From the NCBI RefSeq assembly GCF_000007005.1, contig NC_002754.1: a stretch of DNA of 64,000 nucleotides, one strand, 5' to 3'. Below are positions 13,439-26,098 of the stretch, one piece after another. The notes under the pieces are model-generated. The model saw only the letters and a program-made list of their open reading frames with translations, was not told where the DNA came from and ran no database searches. The DNA is from Saccharolobus solfataricus P2. Lineage in GTDB: Archaea; Thermoproteota; Thermoprotei_A; Sulfolobales; Sulfolobaceae. The first letter of the stretch is position 1. The number at the start of each line of letters is the position of its first letter. The position numbers and the translations under genes are program-made.

Positions 13439-13639
13439 AGGTAAATTTGGTATTACCTCTTTAAAAATAGTTATGAGGAGTTCAAGACTATAATTTAGGT
13501 ATACATTTCTCCTTTGTTTTGGTTTTCGGCAGATACAGTCACAGTTCCGTTTATAACACCTTGAAAACTCTCTCTGTGATACCTTATGAACCACTATTTC
13601 GAGTTAAGTTTAAAGTTACGTTAATCCATTTAATATACT

Positions 13640-14425
13640 GTGATTTACACACTTACATTTCGATTAAAACCCTCAAATGACGTAATTATTCCACCCTTCT
13701 CTTCTAAGCTCAGTAGGACGTTATTCTTATCCTTTTCCCCCACGTACTCGAAGATTATAGAGAGCAAGGAGCCGAACAAACCCTTGAGGATAACTGTTGT
13801 AAAGGACCAAGGCAAACCCTTGTACTCAAATGGGAAGAGTAAAGTGGTGCTAAAGGCAGAGAACACCTACACTTTTATCGTAAACACTCTATTGGAGGAT
13901 GTGGTAAAGGAGGTAATAAGGGTTGAGAGTGTCAATAGGGAAATTTATAACACTAGTTTTCACGTAGAGTTGGTGAACGTTTCAGTAAAGGAAAACGTCA
14001 TGGCAGAGGACGCCAGATTTTACAGAGTTCACTTCAAGACGCCTACGCTTTTACAACCCCCTAGGCCTAGGATGAAAAGAAAAGAGAACAGATACGTGTT
14101 ATTCCCTTACGTTCCACTCCTCTTCTACTCTATAGCCTCCCACTGGAATAGATATATGGATAAGAAGATCGTTGGAGTTACTGGTAGTAAGACGTTATAC
14201 TACTTTAGAGAGGTGAACTATAGGATAAGACCTATGACTGCTTATTACGGAAACATACCCAATAAGGGGTTTGTGGGATGGGTTGTGTTTGAGTTGAGTG
14301 CTAGAAAAGGCAGTAAGATAAGGGAGAACATTAGGAGGCTATTGGATTACGTAAATTACTTCGGCGTGGGAAAGAGTAGGAACATTGGCTTTGGAGAGGT
14401 AGAAGTAAAATCACTTAATGGTTAA
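13640..14425 (+). CDS. cas6: Cas6 crRNA endoribonuclease
   Basis: C-terminal [11 protein letters not shown] glycine loop; adjacent to the array. Confidence 0.93.
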   Translation: MIYTLTFRLKPSNDVIIPPFSSKLSRTLFLSFSPTYSKIIESKEPNKPLRITVVKDQGKPLYSNGKSKVVLKAENTYTFIVNTLLEDVVKEVIRVESVNREIYNTSFHVELVNVSVKENVMAEDARFYRVHFKTPTLLQPPRPRMKRKENRYVLFPYVPLLFYSIASHWNRYMDKKIVGVTGSKTLYYFREVNYRIRPMTAYYGNIPNKGFVGWVVFELSARKGSKIRENIRRLLDYVNYFGVGKSRNIGFGEVEVKSLNG

Positions 14426-14481
14426 TGAAACGCTATTTTCTCACTCTAATGAGGATTATTTTACTTAGACTCTATTGCGTA

Positions 14482-17400
14482 ATTTCAATTCCTTTTAGGA
14501 TTAATCTTGAAGATAGAGTTAAATGAACTTTTGATGACACAAAACTTTCAATTCCTTTTAGGATTAATCGTCTACACCTCTTGCGTCTATTATGATATCA
14601 TATTTGTCAACTTTCAATTCCTTTTAGGATTAATCAAATACGTTTTCTCCATTGTCATATTGCGCATAAGTTGACTTTCAATTCCTTTTAGGATTAATCA
14701 CCAAGTGAAACTTGGAATATATAACCAAAAAGATATCTTTCAATTCCTTTTAGGATTAATCGATTCTTCAATAAAGCTGGTAATATACTTTGACAGAATC
14801 TTTCAATTCCTTTTAGGATTAATCAGTAATAGAAACTCATTCAGAGTCTCTTCCAACCCGTACACTTTCAATTCCTTTTAGGATTAATCCGTGGTAGTGG
14901 TGGTAGTTGTTGTTGTTGTAGGCGCTTTCAATTCCTTTTAGGATTAATCTAGTATAGTGTTACAGTTAAACGCTGTACCGAATAATGGCTTTCAATTCCT
15001 TTTAGGATTAATCTAGTATAGTGTTACAGTTAAACGCTGTACCGAATAATGGCTTTCAATTCCTTTTAGGATTAATCAAAATGTTTAATATTGGTGGAGT
15101 AGTTGATTTCGATAATATCTTTCAATTCCTTTTAGGATTAATCAAGGGTAATAGAAAGCATGCCCATATCAGCAAGTTCTAACTTTCAATTCCTTTTAGG
15201 ATTAATCGTAAAATCCCCAACGCCACATACGTTATAAGGGAAGATACTTTCAATTCCTTTTAGGATTAATCCTAGTGTTAAAATATATTTCAAGCCTTAC
15301 GATGAGAACTTTCAATTCCTTTTAGGATTAATCCATGCATCAGTTCATCGTAGTTGAACTCAGCATGGATCTTTCAATTCCTTTTAGGATTAATCCAAAT
15401 CCATTCGAGGAAGTGTTAGAAGAGGTGTATGGTGACTTTCAATTCCTTTTAGGATTAATCCAGAGGGAAAAAGTTTGCAGGAGATTTCAAGTATTACACT
15501 TTCAATTCCTTTTAGGATTAATCCAATATTAAATATTAGTGATTTGGTAATAACGAAAATAAACTTTCAATTCCTTTTAGGATTAATCGAGTGAGACCAT
15601 GATCATTAACACTGATATTACGGTAAGCTTTCAATTCCTTTTAGGATTAATCAACAAAACTTCACCAGTGATGGAACATTTGAATGTAACTTTCAATTCC
15701 TTTTAGGATTAATCAAACCGCAAGCAATAATGTACTTACGATAAGGGTGATACTCTTTCAATTCCTTTTAGGATTAATCATATGATTATGAGCGATAAGA
15801 ATGATGCAATATTAGATATATCTTTCAATTCCTTTTAGGATTAATCGAATATACAGAGAATAGAGAATAGAGAACAGAGAACGGCTTTCAATTCCTTTTA
15901 GGATTAATCCCGTGATCAGATACAGTAACAGTCATGTTTTTATCTCTTTCAATTCCTTTTAGGATTAATCCATGGAAACGGGAGGAGGGTGAGACAATGA
16001 AGGTTACCTTTCAATTCCTTTTAGGATTAATCCACATCTTTAGAGGCGAACTACAGGGGGTACAGCAACTCTTTCAATTCCTTTTAGGATTAATCGTAGT
16101 GTGAGTAGTGTAGTAGTAGTGGCCTGAATAAGTAGCTTTCAATTCCTTTTAGGATTAATCAAATTCTGCAAAGGTAACACAATTGACGAGGTAAACTTTC
16201 AATTCCTTTTAGGATTAATCCGGTTACGGGGACGTTTGGACATTTAGCAGCGCATCCCAACTTTCAATTCCTTTTAGGATTAATCTCCCTTCCTCTCTTT
16301 CCGCTTTTGCTCGCTTCGTTTAACTCTTTCAATTCCTTTTAGGATTAATCGGCATAACCGCTGCTTTCGGCTGCTGCTGCTAATTGGTCTCCTTTCAATT
16401 CCTTTTAGGATTAATCCCTTCAGCAAGTTGAAGATCTTAAGCGTTTCTTCATCTTCTTTCAATTCCTTTTAGGATTAATCACGCTGAACGACGTAAACAA
16501 GCTCGCACAGAAGAAAATCTTTCAATTCCTTTTAGGATTAATCAAGTCACTGAATTGTTGGACGAACTAACTGAAAAAATTAGCTTTCAATTCCTTTTAG
16601 GATTAATCGGCATTAGAATATGGGTAAAAACTTATAGCGACGAAGACTTTCAATTCCTTTTAGGATTAATCTGAAGTACTTGTTAATGTTTCACCTCTAA
16701 AGAAGATCTTTCAATTCCTTTTAGGATTAATCTTTACCACCGCTCAGACTTCTTGAGATGTTTAAAACCCTTTCAATTCCTTTTAGGATTAATCGAATTC
16801 TATCAAGTATTGCGGAAGTAAATACTTCATATTTATCACTTTCAATTCCTTTTAGGATTAATCTCCACTTGGCATATCTTTGGCTGAAGTTCCTTGGTGT
16901 GCTTTCAATTCCTTTTAGGATTAATCCTTCAAGTTGATGAAGTTATAAAAATGTTTGAAGCTCTTTCAATTCCTTTTAGGATTAATCCACATTAGCAAGA
17001 ATCGTGCTAGCTACAGTTGGATTCTTTCAATTCCTTTTAGGATTAATCAACTTGGAAGAGTTTAGTGATAAAATCATGGAAATGTTCCTTTCAATTCCTT
17101 TTAGGATTAATCTGTTAATATTGCCGGTTCGGCTAGTGATATAGTGTGGTTCTCTTTCAATTCCTTTTAGGATTAATCGGTAATGGTCTGTATATTGTCT
17201 TTAAGTATTTATCTTTCAATTCCTTTTAGGATTAATCAGCACTAATTGCGAGATTTGAGGATGCCATCAGAAGTAACTTTCAATTCCTTTTAGGATTAAT
17301 CCAAGCTAAGATTGCGAGTACAAGCGATCACTTACACAAAGCTTTCAATTCCTTTTAGGATTAATCACGCCGTTTCTCTATAGTTATTGAACCATGCAAT

Positions 17401-20400
17401 ATCATTCTTTCAATTCCTTTTAGGATTAATCATTAGCTAAACCATTTCAAAGGCTAACATCTTCTATGTCTTTCAATTCCTTTTGGGATTAATCATAAAT
17501 CCACAAAGTGGCCGTTCAAAGCAAAGAGTTTATTCTTTCAATTCCTTTTGGGATTAATCTGATATTTATTTTCTCGTGAAAAGTGGAGGGCCTAGAACCT
17601 TTCAATTCCTTTTGGGATTAATCATTATATCATGGAGACCCAGGTGCTGTGACTATCAACTTTCAATTCCTTTTGGGATTAATCAATTAGCCAGCGTGCC
17701 ATCTGGGTAAACGTGTATTTTGGTTAACTTTCAATTCCTTTTGGGATTAATCATAATATATTTCGTTCCAACTACACCTAATGGATTCGGGCTTTCAATT
17801 CCTTTTGGGATTAATCTAATTGTCTGCCCTTGAGTTCCACTGAGAGAAACGCCTTTCAATTCCTTTTGGGATTAATCAAAAGACGTACAAATATACATCG
17901 CACCGAACGGACACATCTTTCAATTCCTTTTGGGATTAATCGGGTGCGTGCCCCACAGGTCGCGGGTCTACCCCTTGCCTTTCAATTCCTTTTGGGATTA
18001 ATCTTATGTCGTTATCTTCTTCGTTTTTGCTGCGTTGTTTCTTTCAATTCCTTTTGGGATTAATCGATAAAATATTAAATTCTCAAATTCCATTTAGAGC
18101 TTTCAATTCCTTTTGGGATTAATCAAAATTTGAAACAATATCGCATCTTGAATAATTATCTTTCAATTCCTTTTGGGATTAATCACCCCAGAATCCTTGT
18201 AAGTAATTTAGTAGCAATGTACTTTCAATTCCTTTTGGGATTAATCAGAACAAGGTAAATAGGAGTGTAGTCATAAGGAGAGCAATCTTTCAATTCCTTT
18301 TGGGATTAATCCTCATTTATTCGCATCATCTCCCACCTTATCTAAGCCGCTTTCAATTCCTTTTGGGATTAATCCCCAAGTAAGCGATATTTTAATGGGC
18401 TTACTTTTTACTTTCAATTCCTTTTGGGATTAATCGAAAAATTGGTAGAGGACAATATGAAGAATATATTATTCTTTCAATTCCTTTTGGGATTAATCGA
18501 AAAAAAGAAGGTGATGAGAGAAGATGAGTGAGAAAGACTTTCAATTCCTTTTGGGATTAATCGATCTATTCGCAGAGTTTGCGTCAACACATAAATATCT
18601 TTCAATTCCTTTTGGGATTAATCACTTTCATCTTCAATTGGGACGATTAAACTATTTAGCTTTCAATTCCTTTTGGGATTAATCCAAAAATCTCAACGAC
18701 AACACCAACCACAGCATTAACAAGCTTTCAATTCCTTTTGGGATTAATCCTGACCTTAGTAATGAGTAATAGATTCCCTGCGATGACTTTCAATTCCTTT
18801 TGGGATTAATCGGCATTTACAAGTGGTCACCAGAAATGGGCGTGTACTTTCAATTCCTTTTGGGATTAATCTGCCCCATGTCTTCGGTTTGCAAATCATA
18901 AGGTATCCCTTTCAATTCCTTTTGGGATTAATCCCATTTAAGATCTACTTCACACCACCTTCGCAGGAGACTTTCAATTCCTTTTGGGATTAATCATTTA
19001 TCTGTTTCATCCGTGGCTTTGCCACTCATTTCGTCTTCCTTTCAATTCCTTTTGGGATTAATCTACAAAAACTAAAAAATAAAAACTAAAAATTAAAAAA
19101 ACTTTCAATTCCTTTTGGGATTAATCTGATAGATTGGGAGAAATACTACCTGAAATTGAAATCTTTCAATTCCTTTTGGGATTAATCTATGTTGTAGAAC
19201 TTAAACCTACATACCATTCCGCAATTATCTTTCAATTCCTTTTGGGATTAATCCACTAGAATTGAATGTCGACAAACATACGACATGGTTCTCTTTCAAT
19301 TCCTTTTGGGATTAATCAATGGAGGCAATGAATGAATTAGAAAGTGAAGAGAGAGACTTTCAATTCCTTTTGGGATTAATCTCCAGAATGGAGGGCATAT
19401 AATGTTGAGCAGTATGACTTTCAATTCCTTTTGGGATTAATCAAATACAAAGCCGATGAACCGCAATCTGCCCCTACAATTCTTTCAATTCCTTTTGGGA
19501 TTAATCTGAAGAGATTGACGGTATAAAATTTGAAGATATAATTAACTTTCAATTCCTTTTGGGATTAATCATGGTATCTTGAGGCAGTGTACGGGTGATG
19601 CTAAGTTATCTTTCAATTCCTTTTGGGATTAATCAAGTGCCTCCAGCATTTAGTGCAAGTTGGTTTGATAGCTTTCAATTCCTTTTGGGATTAATCTTCT
19701 GTTAAGCGCTCTTGCAACCTTCATGCCATAGCCCCTTTCAATTCCTTTTGGGATTAATCCTTACTTGTTGGCTAGGATTTTACCAAATGCAATTGATCTT
19801 TCAATTCCTTTTGGGATTAATCGGTTCTAGCTTACGTTATCTAATTTCGACGTGTGCGGCTTTCAATTCCTTTTGGGATTAATCCATATAGTTCACCAGC
19901 ACCCAGCGGTGTGAAGGATATCTTTCAATTCCTTTTGGGATTAATCATTTGAAAATGTTTAACATAACTGGAGTAATTCCATTCTTTCAATTCCTTTTGG
20001 GATTAATCTTCATCTAGAAGATATGAACAAGCTGTTGATGTGCAATCTTTCAATTCCTTTTGGGATTAATCGACATTAGCCCTGGGGGTATCTAAACCAT
20101 CAGTTGAGTCTTTCAATTCCTTTTGGGATTAATCATATGACAACGTAGACATTTTCATTATGGATTGTGAACTTTCAATTCCTTTTGGGATTAATCATCA
20201 AAACGGCACAGAACATCTTAGGGCAATTAGCTCTTTCAATTCCTTTTGGGATTAATCTAATATGATTTTATTAAATCTAGTAGTAAAGCCATTAACTTTC
20301 AATTCCTTTTGGGATTAATCAACATCTTAATGCCTTTATACCGCCAGTTACACATTATATCAACTTTCAATTCCTTTTGGGATTAATCAATTTACGATAT

Positions 20401-20452
20401 TATACCGGTTGAGCCTGCAAAAAATGTCTTTCAATTCCTTTTGGGATTAATC
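14482..20452 (-). CRISPR. CRISPR array, 95 repeats / 94 spacers (hand count); transcribed repeat GATTAATCC(T/C)AAAAGGAATTGAAAG
   Basis: 25-bp repeat CTTTCAATTCCTTTT(A/G)GGATTAATC with a period of about 63 bp; degenerate first repeat at 14482 marks the trailer end; leader at the right. Confidence 0.99.
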
Positions 20453-20700
20453 TGTTGTGTTTTTATACTTCCTATTTTTCTTTTCTCCTTTCTTACTTAT
20501 AAATCTTCATGACTACCCTTTACTCTTCATGCGACCAATTTTAGTTGTAATTAATTTAACAATTTCTGGTCGCAAGGATTTTATGTTAAATTGAAACATT
20601 GGGTATCATTTATAAACGTTCAATTATTATAGAAAGATTCGTTTCGGTCGCATTGAGACTCGAACTTTCACACTTTTAAACAACTTCATAAAAACGAAGT
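20453..20700 (-). promoter_or_regulatory. CRISPR leader and promoter
   Basis: AT-rich non-coding region; minus-strand TTTATAAG box at ~20496-20503; TGCGACCA/TGGTCGCA inverted repeat. Confidence 0.8.
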
Positions 20701-21011
20701 TTGAAGTTCTCTATTTGATAATAATGTTTCACTGATTTCGTATCATATCGAAAAATATTTTTTATCTCTTATCGCTCTCCTTTCATCTTTCTTTCATTGC
20801 AACGTATAATTATCTTTTTAAACTTACTTTTAAATACGTAATATTTCCTAATTTCACTAAGGCTGATAAAGTAAAATCTTTTTAACGTCAGAATTACTTT
20901 TTATTAACGTACGGTATATAGATAATTATGAGGATAAATTATATATAAAAGGGAGTTTAATGCCAGAAATCTATGAGTAAAACTTTTAATTATTTTTGTA
21001 GAACGTCTATT

Positions 21012-21440
21012 ATGTTATCGCAAAATAGGTTACTATTTTACATTGCTGGGGACGTATCGGGATATAACGTAGTTAAATACATTTACGGAGAGAAAAGTGA
21101 CTATTCGTTCTTCACAGCCCATTTCTTTTACAAGATATTATCTCCCATTAAAGTAATTTCATTATTACCAGATATCTGGTAAAGGATATGCAAAAGGCTG
21201 GCGAAGTTTATAAACAAGCGATTAAACGTAATGTGACAGTTTACATGAAAAATATATATTTGCTTATAGTCTAAAGGGCAACAACGTTTCCAAAATTACA
21301 TAAAGACCTTTCCGTATATTAGGAAGAGAGTTTGTCCTTTAAAGTCTCAGAAAGTATAACTCATTAAATTATATGGACAATTTTCTAAATGAGAAATTGT
21401 ACCAAATACCGGAGTTGGCAATATCGTTATTCTAACCGAA
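21012..21440 (+). pseudogene. csx1: Csx1 (CARF-HEPN RNase) N-terminal relic
   Basis: [11 protein letters not shown]...FFTAHF...LLPD matches the Sulfolobus Csx1 N-terminus; frameshift near 21180; MITE insertion; EIVPNTGVG resumes at ~21393; remainder absent. Confidence 0.7.
21254..21359 (+). mobile_element. ~106-bp MITE-like element (TTATACTT-terminus family, second subtype)
   Basis: Close copy at 34621-34726; termini resemble those of 6218 and 12085. Confidence 0.65.
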
Positions 21441-21828
21441 GGTCAAGGGTGAAACAAGAAAGCAAAATAAAAGCGACCTTAAACTTGAGTGTGATCAACA
21501 ATTTCCCGTTCATTTAAAATTTAGTTAAAATTCCTTAACGTCTCTTATTTTAAATTCTCCGATTAACAATAAAAACTTTCGAATAAAAATAAAATTACAA
21601 CGTCATTGCTTTATTGACAGATAGACCTTGTGATGAATTGAAACTAGATTTATACTTTAAATGATTTATACTGAATTAACAAAATTGTTGGCTATATTCC
21701 TAAACCTCATTGATCTCCTTGATAACTAGTTCTGATATGCAACGTGATTAAGGATTAGATCTCTTTAGAGTTGTTGAAATCCTTTGAGGAGTTTTAATTT
21801 ACTCTCAAGCATGAAATTAAAGAGTTAT

Positions 21829-23263
21829 CAGTGGTGTTTCACCAAATTATTTCATTTGAAAGATATAATATTAGTCCTTTCAAAAAGAGATTGATATAGA
21901 GAAAAACAATAAAATTATTATGAAACATAACATGTTAAAATAATTTGCAAAAAATATAGCGTACAATTCTAATAATAAGAGGAGAATTCTGAATTTTTCT
22001 CACGTGGTGAAAACGACGTGCATAGTCTCCTCTGAACACCGAGAAAGTTAGAGAAGCTTGACGAATGAATCGAAGGACAAACCCTTCTTACACGTGGACT
22101 TGAAGTTAAAGAGAAGATGATTCACTAGATTCCACGCAGAATCCAGAACCGTGTAATAGAGGAACAAGAAGATCTTATTACTCAACTTCCTAACATACCT
22201 TATCCTTGCCTTCCTAACCTTAAAACCCTCCTCAACTTGCCACCTCAACCTATAGAGTTCAGCCAGTTCATAGGGATCTCCCTCGAAGTTCGTTACGAAC
22301 ATGAAGTGCCTCGGCTTCCCCTTAACGTAAACCACATCGTAATAATAAAGCCCTTCAAATTTCAAGACCCTATACGCAACGTAAACCCTGTCCTTAACCT
22401 CGTATCTCTTCTCAACTAATGGAACGTTAGATAGTTCCTTGAATCCCTTCAAGTTCGACTTTCCTCTCACAATGGTCTTCACGGGCATTTCCTTGATGAC
22501 CCCTAGGTTCAAGAATCCGGCGTCAGCTACAACGTAATCTATTTCCATGTATTGGCTTACTTCCATCACGCTCCTGAGTAGGAACTGTGATGGACTGTCG
22601 CTTCTCAAATCTGCTATCTCCACTAGGAGGGGTAACCTTAAGGGATATACGAGGTCCAAGGATCTCATCTTTATTCCTTTTCTCTTCCAGTTGTAGAGTA
22701 GAAAGCCCTCTGCTTTTTCTTGTTCCTTTTCTCCCACGGTTAATCCGGTCTCATCTACACTACGTTGATCTCTCCCTTTACTTCTCTGTAGATTGGGTAG
22801 AACTTGAAGGTTCTCTGACCTTTACTAATTACTTTCTCGCCTTGTCTTACTACCTTCAAGTAGTATTTTCCTCTGTTTCCGGTTAGCAAGGATGGTGCTG
22901 CTTTCACTATTTCCAAGTCTAGATCTTGAGAGATAACGTTAATATTGTTTGTTGCTAAAGTTATAGCGAGGGACTTCAGCTCCGTTTTGGATACTTGTAT
23001 GGTTTGCATAACGGAGTTATGGAGTCCCTCGCTTTAACCTTTTCTTGTTCATCTCGTCCTTCCACCTACTCTCTCTCATTGATAATACTAGACAAATGGT
23101 ATTACTCTTTATATATAAACTCGTTTTCTGTTAGTTTCTTCAACAAATATGAAAATTTTTTGCTTCTTGTGTTGAAATAAGCCGATTTTTCTAACTCCGC
23201 TCTGATATTTTTCTCTTCCATAGAAATTGTATCATTTTGAGTAAAATTGGTGAAACACCACTG
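21829..23263 (-). mobile_element. 1435-bp IS (ISC1439-like) with frameshifted DDE transposase
   Basis: TIR CAGTGGTGTTTCACCAA, 9-bp TSD AAGAGTTAT; transposase split into ORFs 22755-23009 and 22048-22737. Confidence 0.85.
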
Positions 23264-23297
23264 AAGAGTTATTAAGTTGGGAAACCAATAAAATATT

Positions 23298-24631
23298 ATG
23301 ATTCTTGGCACTTTAGGCTCAGATAAGTCAGTTACTACAGTTGACGCTATAATGACTGAGATTTTCACAGGGATTAAGCTGGATGAAATAAGGATCTATA
23401 GGGAAGACGCTAATACCAAACCGGACTTCGTAACAAAAATGAAGGATGCGTAAAAATTCTCAATATAAACGCTGAAATTGTAGAAAGAGTCTTGGGAGAT
23501 GATATATTGGACTGGAAAAATAAAATATCAAATGAAAAAATAAATGTATTAGATATTACACCAGGAAGGAAATACATGGCTATTATAGGAAGCAACTACG
23601 TCCAAGCAGATGAAGTCAGATATGCATATCTAAAAGATGAACGTAAAGGGTATCACTAGTGCTTTCAGAAAGTTTATAGCTTTAGGCAAAGGATATACCA
23701 TTAGATCATAGTCTAAGAACTTTTCCAAAATACTAACGTTTTTGGTTATGTACCCCTCTCAGAAATAAAAGTTTATGATATAAGGAAAGGGAGGAAAGTT
23801 GAGTACGATCCCCCATTAACTAGAAAGTGTGAGGGGGATGAGTGCGTATCGTCACTAGATAGTGAGGGATTAACTGCACTTTACAACCTTCTTTCCATGC
23901 ACGGAAATGCAGATGTTAAATTCGGTAATGAAAGTGTATTTGATTTGGCAAGGGGCAGTAGTACAAATGACGAACTTTTAAACATTTGTATGATTAGGTC
24001 TGGGTTTAAAAAGTTTGAAGAAGAGAAAGAGATACAAAATACTGATGGTTTTTTCATAGCTGATACTAGCGTTTACATCAAATTGGGTAATAGACTAGGT
24101 TATCTTACAAAGGATAGGCTATTGGCTTCTAAAAGTGTGTACAACGAGTTGTCGGAGAGGACTAAATTAACGCAAATGGGAAAAGAAATAATAGTCTTCT
24201 ATTTGGGAATGTACTCTTACAGACATTTACATAAAAGTCCTCCGGTAAGTGAGTATAATAAGAGTGGCGATATTCCTTTAATTGAAGAAACTAGAAAGAT
24301 TAAGGAAAACATACCTGAAAAGGTTACGTTAATTACTGCTGATAGGCAACTGAAACAGAGAGCTAGAACGCTTGGTGTTAACGTCATTTTTCTTAATACC
24401 TTGAAGAGTGATTCGGGAAATATGAGTGAATTACTATTATGTGCTAGTAATAGGCGGGAGTATATGGAAAAATACGATTATGCAAGAAGGGACTTAACTA
24501 TAACTATTAATGATAAAGAAGTAATCAAAATTGAGTCTGATCCAACCAAGGAAGGGTTTTCAAGAATAAAGACGTTAAATAAGGAATTTAACTATGCGAA
24601 ATTAATAGAGAAACTTTATGAAATGATTTAG
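23298..24631 (+). pseudogene. CARF-PIN fusion ribonuclease, disrupted by a 1-bp deletion and an SM1 MITE
   Basis: MILGTLGSD and LDITPGRK CARF motifs; PIN acidic motifs IADTSV, GDIPLIE and TADRQL in ORF 23897-24631. Confidence 0.75.
23657..23735 (+). mobile_element. 79-bp MITE (SM1-type)
   Basis: Near-identical to 3837-3915; removing it plus one AC restores the CARF-PIN reading frame. Confidence 0.88.
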
Positions 24632-24774
24632 TTAGTAGTAAAAATGATGAATTTTTATAAAGATAAATACGTATATCATGCGTATAAGGAAAATGAGTTA
24701 TAAGAGTTGAAAAATAGGTGAGGTTAGATGAAGTATTGCGTTAGTTACTCTTTTATAAAGATTTTTTGCTTAAA

Positions 24775-25811
24775 TGCTTTGTGGATTGCTTCAGAATTGT
24801 ACAAAAAGTTTATAAATTATTCGTTTAAGTATTACCTATGGGAAAGAGTAAGTACAAGAGGGACTGGAGCAAGTACGACGAGAACGTCATAACTAGATAT
24901 AAGTTGATGTTCCCCTTCTACGTATTCGAACATTGGTGGGACTTATTAGCAGAGGAGAACAGGAACGCTAGGACAAAGTATAAAGCTCCGAAGGAGTTCA
25001 ACGAATTCCTAGCATTCTTACACATCTTCCTACCTTACAGAGCAATAGAAGGAGTATTGAGAGCCTTAGAACAATTGAAGATCATCCCCACAAGCCTCGA
25101 TTACTCAACAATATGGGAGAGAGTGAGGAACATGAACATAACCTTCCCCGAGGCAAGTGACGAACTTGAAGTAATTGCAGACGCTACCGGCATTGGCACA
25201 AACACGGGAGGACAATATATTGTTGCCAAGTGGGGGAAGACTAGGGATTCAAAATTCCTCAAGATCGAGATAGTAATGGACAATAACGAATTCAACGTGG
25301 TAAACGCTGAGGTCACTAGCAACGAGGTTGAAAGTGTAAAAACAGTTAAGGATCTTCAAGATAAGGGAAAGAAGTTTTATGGAGATAAGGCATATGACGC
25401 CAATGAGGTTTACAAGACCGGAGTTGAGGTTGTAGTTCCTCCCAAGAAGAACGCTTCTACTAAACGCCATCTTGCTAGACGTAAGGCTGTGCGGGAGTTT
25501 AGGAAGTTGGGTTATGATCGTTGGAGGGAGGAGAAGGGTTATGGCGTTAGGTGGCGGGTCGAGTCCTTGTTCTCTGTGAAGCGTACTTTTGGGGAATCGG
25601 TTAGACAAGTTTTGCTGGGCAAGTAGTTGAGGCTAAGCTCAAGTTCTGGGCTTACGCGTGGATGGTTCACTTGGCGAATTCTGTAGTCGGTAGGGCTCCG
25701 GGCATTAGGGTGTAAGCTTGAGAGGAACGTTGAAATAAATATTAATTACTGAAAAAATTAGTGTTATACAATATCGTTTTAATGAGACAAATTGAACGAA
25801 TCAACAAAGTA
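24775..25811 (+). mobile_element. Degenerate ISC1058-type IS (IS5 family)
   Basis: MGKSKYKRDWSKYDE transposase (24838-25626), frameshifted near the C-terminus (tail FWAYAWMVH in another frame); TIRs TGCTTTGTGGATTGCTTCA / TACTTTGTTGATTCGTTCA; GCTTAAA on both flanks. Confidence 0.85.
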
Positions 25812-26098
25812 GCTTAAAAAGGTGGATAAATGTTAGCTCGCTATTATTGAAAATCCGACATTGAAGTATATTGGCTTAAAGTATTACATACTAATTTTTA
25901 TGTGAAATATCGAAGATAGATACAATCGGAATGGTGTTTTCAACAATATTTCAAAGGGGTTAGGTAAGATCTAAGGGGCTATACTTTGAATTTGGTATTT
26001 TCAATAATTTTTTGCTCCACCTAGTTGCCCGAACATTGGGGTTACTGTGTCGATATAAACTATTGTAGCCCAAGGATATTTGTTAGTTAGAAAATTAA

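Noticed and set aside
13439-13594. 52-aa N-terminal extension of cas1 in the ORF track
   Set aside because: Not Cas1-like and covers the cas1/cas6 divergent promoter region; the conserved start is MDKKIAF
14436-14460. Possible extra degenerate repeat before the large array
   Set aside because: Weak similarity and only 21 nt from the first repeat, too short for a spacer
15335-18063. ORFs inside the large array (also 57318-58505 in the second array)
   Set aside because: Translations of repeat-spacer units (FQFLLGLI, FQFYKRLS), not genes
15847-19101. Low-complexity spacers (AGAGAAT repeats, poly-A-rich, GTT/GTA triplets)
   Set aside because: Most simply copied from repetitive viral or plasmid sequence; no source can be assigned without a search
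23102-23368. 88-aa minus-strand ORF
   Set aside because: Chimeric: it crosses the IS end at 23263 and is antisense to the CARF-PIN 5' end
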